IMG/VR virus record: IMGVR_UViG_3300016474_000800
Coordinates: 1-21,140 of that record
Source of the DNA: a virus
DNA: 21,140 nucleotides
Direction: 5' to 3' (one strand)
Below, piece after piece: positions 15,999 through 21,140 of the stretch. The notes under the pieces are model-generated. The model was not told the origin of the DNA. It made no database searches and saw only the letters and a list, made by a program, of their open reading frames with translations. Position 1 is the stretch's first letter; each line of letters opens with the position of its first letter. A program made the translations under genes and the position numbers.

Positions 15999-16904
15999 AT
16001 GACTATACTTACTTTACTTCAAGACTTACTGGGACCGTACAAAAGTTTCTCGACAGGTGAACATTATTTTACCTGTCCTTTTTGTCACAATCCCAAACGT
16101 AAATTTGCATTCAATGAACACAACCTAAAATGGCATTGTTGGCACTGTGCGGCCAAAGGTGGACATGTTATTTGGTTATTAAAAAGACTAGATGTGTCCC
16201 GAGAACAGTTGTCACGATTCAAAGAAATTTTAAGTGAAACTGATATCAAGATTTACAAGAGTACTACGGCAAATTCTGATCTATTCTTACCAATAGAATA
16301 CAAACCCTTATGGATGGTTGAAAATAATTTCAACTATCTCAACGCACTTTCGTATCTACAAAAAAGAAATGTACGAGCGGAAGATATCATGAGATACAAA
16401 ATTGGGTATTGTGAAACTGGTGAATATAAAAATAGAATCATCATACCGTCATACACCTCGGAAAACAAACTCAATTACTTTGTTGCTAGAAATTTTTACA
16501 ACGATGGAATGAAATATAAAAACCCACCAACTACAAAAAATATTGTTTGTTTTGAAAATATGATTAGTTGGAATCTTCCTATTGTATTGTGCGAAGGCGT
16601 GTTTGATGCAATTGCATTACGAAGAAACGCCATTCCGATATTAGGCAAGACGTTACCGAAACAGGTAGAACTTTCATTACTGAAAAACAACGTAAAGGAA
16701 GTGGTAATATTTTTGGACGCGGATGCACGTGAGTATGCGGTAAATATTGAACACAAATTACGTCAATACGACATCAAAGTTCGTACAGTAACCTCCACAC
16801 AAAAAGATCCAGCGGACATGGGGTTTGTTGATTCGTGGGAATGTGTAACCTCTGCGAAAACAACAAACCTAAAAGACTTAATTATAGAAAGGTTATCAAT
16901 ATGA
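15999..16904 (+). CDS. DNA primase (C4 Zn ribbon + TOPRIM, DnaG-like)
   Basis: 301 aa with CPFC...WHCWHC, NRIIIP, KYKNP, VLCEGVFDAI, IFLDAD and KDPAD. No fused helicase domain. Confidence 0.9.
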   Translation: MTILTLLQDLLGPYKSFSTGEHYFTCPFCHNPKRKFAFNEHNLKWHCWHCAAKGGHVIWLLKRLDVSREQLSRFKEILSETDIKIYKSTTANSDLFLPIEYKPLWMVENNFNYLNALSYLQKRNVRAEDIMRYKIGYCETGEYKNRIIIPSYTSENKLNYFVARNFYNDGMKYKNPPTTKNIVCFENMISWNLPIVLCEGVFDAIALRRNAIPILGKTLPKQVELSLLKNNVKEVVIFLDADAREYAVNIEHKLRQYDIKVRTVTSTQKDPADMGFVDSWECVTSAKTTNLKDLIIERLSI

Positions 16905-19900
16905 AGATCCAAGTACCGTTTAAGAAATTACAACATATTTGTCATATTGCCGATGTTCATATTCGTTTGTTTAGACGACACGATGAATATGAAACGGCAT
17001 TTTCTCGTTTATATGAAGACATTCGTAAACAAAATCTTCAAGATTTTGTGATTGTTTTGGCAGGAGACATTGTCCATGCAAAAACTGACATGTCACCCGA
17101 AATGGTGTCGATGACTTCTCAGTTTTTGAAAAATATCTCAGACATTGCTCCGACTATTTTGATTGCAGGAAATCATGACTGCAATTTATCAAACACCTCA
17201 AGGTTAGATGCTCTAACACCAATCGTAGACAGTTTGCAACACCCAAATCTATACTACATTAGACATTCAGATGTTGTACAAGTCGCAGACACTTCGTTTG
17301 CCGTCATGTCAATTTTTGATGAACAATCAAACTGGCCCAAGGTAGACGATATTGATTCAAATACGACAAAAATTGCATTATATCATGGTCCGGTACATGG
17401 CGCAGTAACTGACATAAATTTTACCATCACTAATCGGCACGTTCATGTCAACACGTTTGACGGATTTGATATGGTATTATTGGGTGATATTCACAAACAC
17501 CAAGTATTACAACAATACGATACAAAAAGAAAAAAACCCATCATTGTCTATAGTTCGTCACTTATACAACAAAACTTTGGTGAATCTCTAGAAAATCACG
17601 GATGGTGTCTGTGGGATGTTCCTACTCGTTCGTTTACTTTCATACCACTACGGAACGAATATGGATACGTCACCCTAGAAGTACAGAATTCCCAGATCAC
17701 ATATCCGGCGAATATGCCTAAAAACGCACGCATGCGTTTATTTACCGGGGAATTGGATAATACTAAAGTAAAGAAATTCATAACAACGTTACGAAACAAG
17801 TACAATATCATTGAGTTAAGTGTTAACAAAAGTCGAGTGAGTAAAACGGTAGTTGGACCCGGTACTGTATTACATCACGACACGTTGAATCTCTCCGATG
17901 TTGGCGTACAAAATAGTCTCATTACAAATTGGATAAATAGACATCTTCCATCCGTGAGTTCTGACGTTATTACCACGATTGAACAGATTAATAAAGATTT
18001 GAACGGTAAAGTTCAACATGATGACCAATCTAGAAACATTCATTGGCGTCCACTAAAGTTTACGTTTTCAAACATGTTTTCGTACGGAGAAAACAACGAA
18101 ATTAATTTTTCGGATATGAAGGGTTTGTATGGTATTTTTTCATCCAACGCGTCCGGTAAGAGTTCCATCATGGACTCCTTTATGTTTTGCTTATATGATA
18201 AGACACCCCGCGCATTTAAAGGTGATCACATCATCAATAACAGAAAAAATACGTTTGAATGTGAATTGTTGTTTGAAATTAACAACGAGACATTTGGCAT
18301 ACGACGGGTGGGAACTCGTAAGAAAAATGGTGATGTGAAAGTTGATGTTAACTTCTGGAAAGTAATTGATTCACAAAATATATTGTCACTAAACGGCGAA
18401 GACCGTCGTGACACAAATGCAAATATTCGTAACTATGTAGGTAGTTATGAAGACTTTGTGATGACCGCGTTTAGCAGTCAAACCAGTAATGCGTTGTTTA
18501 TCGACAAGTCCCACTCTGAACGAAAAGATTTATTAATTCAGTTCATGGGACTCAACATATTTGATAAGTTATATGACACCGCTAATGATGAAGCTAAAGA
18601 AATTATCGGTATTTTGAAGAGATTTAAGAAGTCCGACGTAACCGATACCATTTCCACTACGCACGCGCAATTGGTAGAAACAAAAGATAAGTTAGTAACG
18701 ATTGAGGAAAAACTTAGCAACACAAAACAAGAAAAAGAAAGTCTGGATGAAAATTTAGTAACTGTTCAACTTCAGAAACGTTCCGTTCCCTCAACGTCGG
18801 GAAATAAATTTGAGTTGACCAATCAACTAGTAAAAACAAAAATGTATTTACAAGACGCATTGTCGGCCTTGGATGACGTTTCGGGAAAAAAACATGCAGT
18901 GCAAATTGAGTTGGATGAGAAGAAAGCTAACCTACTAACCTTTAAATTTGACACACTAAAGAAGGCAGTGGATAGTTATAACAGTTACGAACAGTCTTTG
19001 CAAAAAGAAAGAAATACGCTAAAAGTTATCATTACAAAACTTGAAGAAAAAGAAAAGTTTAAGGCAAGACTTAATGAGTATCAGTACAATTCAAACTGTA
19101 ACGTTTGTGTTGAAAATAATAAGTCCGTCATTCAAGATCTTACGCACGTTCAAACAGAAATTGATGATCTAGAATCAAAACAGTTATCTCAACAAAACGT
19201 AGTATCTACACTTGAACTTGAAATGAACCGTTTGTTGGACAAAAAAAATCAGTACGAATTGGCGGTAAAATTTCAAGCAGAAGTTCAACGTTGTGAACAA
19301 CTTGTTCTTGGTTTTACAAGTAAACAAGATACATTACGATTGAATATTGAAAAACTTACAAATCAAATTTCAAAAATTGAACAAGATATCGACACATACA
19401 CACAAAATGAAGAAGCTATTGTTCATAATCAGAAGATTGAAGAACACATTCGTCAAATTCAATCAAGTATTGTAGAAAAGAAAAATCTTATTCAAAACTT
19501 AGATCAAAACGTTCGTTCTCTACATGGTACAATTAGTGTTCTTGAAAACAAGAAACAAGAATTATTGGACAAGTTACGGGAAGCAGAACAACTTGAAATG
19601 ACATATGAGGCTTATACTAACTATCTATTAGCAGTTGGTCGAGATGGGGTTCCTTATGAATTGATGAGTAAGACTATTCCTACAATTGAGGCTGAGATAA
19701 ATAACATCTTGTCTCAAGTAGTAGACTTTAACGTATCATTAGAAGTAAATGGTAAGAATATTGAAGGAAAGTTGACATATGACAACGAACGTATTTGGCC
19801 ATTAGAAAACTCATCCGGAATGGAACGTTTTGTTAGTAGTTTAGCCATTCGGGTTGCTCTTATGAACGCCAGCAATTTACCGAAACCAAATATGTTAATT

Positions 19901-20083
19901 ATTGACGAAGGTTTTGGTGCATTGGACGCGGATCATTTACATTCTATGCAAACTTTGTTTAATATTCTCAAAACCCAATTTGACTTCATACTTATAGTAA
20001 GTCACTTAGAAACTGCACGGGACATGGTAGACACTCTCATCAACATACGGCGAGAGGATGGTTATTCTTATGTTTCTGTGTAA
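16901..20083 (+). CDS. fused Mre11/SbcD nuclease - Rad50/SbcC ATPase (gp47-gp46-like)
   Basis: Start reassigned to 16901 (ATGA overlap with the primase stop, AGAAAGG upstream), giving 1060 aa. Phosphoesterase motifs are ADVH, GDIVH, GNHD, YHG and GDIH. ATPase features are Walker A NASGKS, a coiled coil with a CNVC hook, signature SSGME, Walker B/D-loop IIDEGFGALD and H-loop VSH. Confidence 0.92.
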   Translation: MKIQVPFKKLQHICHIADVHIRLFRRHDEYETAFSRLYEDIRKQNLQDFVIVLAGDIVHAKTDMSPEMVSMTSQFLKNISDIAPTILIAGNHDCNLSNTSRLDALTPIVDSLQHPNLYYIRHSDVVQVADTSFAVMSIFDEQSNWPKVDDIDSNTTKIALYHGPVHGAVTDINFTITNRHVHVNTFDGFDMVLLGDIHKHQVLQQYDTKRKKPIIVYSSSLIQQNFGESLENHGWCLWDVPTRSFTFIPLRNEYGYVTLEVQNSQITYPANMPKNARMRLFTGELDNTKVKKFITTLRNKYNIIELSVNKSRVSKTVVGPGTVLHHDTLNLSDVGVQNSLITNWINRHLPSVSSDVITTIEQINKDLNGKVQHDDQSRNIHWRPLKFTFSNMFSYGENNEINFSDMKGLYGIFSSNASGKSSIMDSFMFCLYDKTPRAFKGDHIINNRKNTFECELLFEINNETFGIRRVGTRKKNGDVKVDVNFWKVIDSQNILSLNGEDRRDTNANIRNYVGSYEDFVMTAFSSQTSNALFIDKSHSERKDLLIQFMGLNIFDKLYDTANDEAKEIIGILKRFKKSDVTDTISTTHAQLVETKDKLVTIEEKLSNTKQEKESLDENLVTVQLQKRSVPSTSGNKFELTNQLVKTKMYLQDALSALDDVSGKKHAVQIELDEKKANLLTFKFDTLKKAVDSYNSYEQSLQKERNTLKVIITKLEEKEKFKARLNEYQYNSNCNVCVENNKSVIQDLTHVQTEIDDLESKQLSQQNVVSTLELEMNRLLDKKNQYELAVKFQAEVQRCEQLVLGFTSKQDTLRLNIEKLTNQISKIEQDIDTYTQNEEAIVHNQKIEEHIRQIQSSIVEKKNLIQNLDQNVRSLHGTISVLENKKQELLDKLREAEQLEMTYEAYTNYLLAVGRDGVPYELMSKTIPTIEAEINNILSQVVDFNVSLEVNGKNIEGKLTYDNERIWPLENSSGMERFVSSLAIRVALMNASNLPKPNMLIIDEGFGALDADHLHSMQTLFNILKTQFDFILIVSHLETARDMVDTLINIRREDGYSYVSV

Positions 20084-20095
20084 ATGGGGAATTGA

Positions 20096-21140
20096 ATGGC
20101 GCGTACCAGAAAAACAATACAACCGTTAAATTTACATAAGTACGATGTATTAATTGAAGACCGGGGAACCCGATCAGACTATTTCAAACTATCACAATTT
20201 GATGGATACTTGTATGGTGGAAGAAATTCGTTACTGGTCGGGGGCTCGACTGTTCTTCGCGCTCGTTCTAGAATTTTAGTAGAAATTTTAAATAGTGAAG
20301 GCACCACGGTATACAGTGCCCCAGTTTCTCAATTCATTGAAGGAAACTCTCGACTAATACAGATAGAAGTTTATAATGACACGCCCATTGGGCAGGGTAA
20401 ACTGGTTATATTGGGTTGTGTGGACACGTATATAGACGGCACACCTATCCCGGATGAATGGAAAGATAAATACAATGTTCGATGGGTGTCTGACATAACT
20501 GTCTCCCCATTAATAGAAAATAAAACACCAATTCGGTTTTCTGGTACACCGTCGATGACGGTACAAGAAAAGTTTTATTTTGCCCCAAGCTCATCGTTGT
20601 ACAGTCAGTCAATACAAGTCCCGATTGATGTACAGTTTAATACAAAATTCTATAATGTATTCCCTAATGGGTATCTATTAAATGTAATCGGACCTACATC
20701 TACAAATCTTTCTTCGACCTATTTAGGGGGTATCCTAACGGGTTCTATACGGTTCGCCGGACCCAGTGGGTCAGAAACCGCATCCATCAACGTACCGTTG
20801 ACGAAGTTGTATAACTCAAAAATAGCAGAATCTAGTGGAAGTCTAATATACACAGATAAAAACACGTTTTTAACAAATGGTATAATCAGTAGTAGTGGTC
20901 AATATACAACCACGTTGGAACCATATGGTACACTCGGCGTAACCAGTAGTTTGAGTATTCAATATAATGACCTAGTAACCGATGCAACCGGATCTACTAT
21001 TTCATTTGCGAAACTGAGATTGGTTGATTTAGATACGTTGTCCGGAGAAATTCACAAAGTTAGATTCCTGTACAAAGTTAGTACAGATCCGGGCGAATAC
21101 ACATTACTTGGTCAAGTAAACACCAACGTTGCAGAACTTT
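20096..21140 (+). CDS. 3'-truncated hypothetical protein, probably structural (absent from supplied ORF track)
   Basis: ATG at 20096 with GGGGA upstream. Translated by hand, it is open for 348 codons to the window end (MARTRKTIQPLNLHKYDVLIEDRG...GQVNTNVAEL). It is Ser/Thr/Gly-rich and beta-rich like the baseplate genes. Confidence 0.8.
   Translation, partial: MARTRKTIQPLNLHKYDVLIEDRGTRSDYFKLSQFDGYLYGGRNSLLVGGSTVLRARSRILVEILNSEGTTVYSAPVSQFIEGNSRLIQIEVYNDTPIGQGKLVILGCVDTYIDGTPIPDEWKDKYNVRWVSDITVSPLIENKTPIRFSGTPSMTVQEKFYFAPSSSLYSQSIQVPIDVQFNTKFYNVFPNGYLLNVIGPTSTNLSSTYLGGILTGSIRFAGPSGSETASINVPLTKLYNSKIAESSGSLIYTDKNTFLTNGIISSSGQYTTTLEPYGTLGVTSSLSIQYNDLVTDATGSTISFAKLRLVDLDTLSGEIHKVRFLYKVSTDPGEYTLLGQVNTNVAEL

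Noticed and set aside
16835-16900. ORF-track start for the Mre11-Rad50 gene (extra MGMCNLC... 22 aa with an apparent CxxC)
   Set aside because: It overlaps the primase C-terminus by 70 nt. The ATG at 16901 has an SD-like sequence, an ATGA coupling overlap, and sits just before nuclease motif I.
47-18723. Other short minus-strand and nested alternate-frame ORFs (60-140 aa)
   Set aside because: All lie essentially within longer + strand genes, have no recognisable motifs and are expected shadows.
1-21140. Rho-independent terminators, tRNAs, introns/inteins, alternative genetic code
   Set aside because: Intergenic gaps are at most 51 nt with no GC-rich stem plus U-tract. I saw no cloverleaf, homing endonuclease or intein motifs. 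The genes tile the window under the standard code.

Overview
A 21 kb segment of a large contractile-tailed (myovirus-like) dsDNA phage. It holds 19 tightly packed CDS, all on the + strand, with the first and last truncated by the window. Bases 1-15080 are a baseplate/tail module: a probable spike/hub C-terminus, a gp25-like wedge, a gp6/baseplate-J-like wedge, a DNRLRE-like protein, two Ig-like Pro/Thr-rich proteins, a 1545-aa gpI/gp7-like wedge protein with a LamG-like domain, and three proteins with tail-collar-like motifs. An unknown ORF follows, then a DNA-metabolism block: a PD-(D/E)xK Holliday-junction resolvase, a Zn-ribbon/TOPRIM primase and a single-chain Mre11-Rad50 (SbcD-SbcC) fusion. 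A probable structural ORF missing from the supplied track starts at 20096. The most notable observations are (1) a near-consensus sigma70 promoter positioned to give a leaderless primase mRNA, (2) the Mre11-Rad50 fusion with variant motifs, (3) structural domains apparently split across neighbouring genes, plus an N-terminal 17-aa beta-strand repeat, hinting at assembly by strand complementation, and (4) two M-x-N-stop mini-ORFs filling gene junctions. I saw no tRNA, rRNA, CRISPR array or mobile element. All family assignments come from motif recognition by eye; no searches were run.
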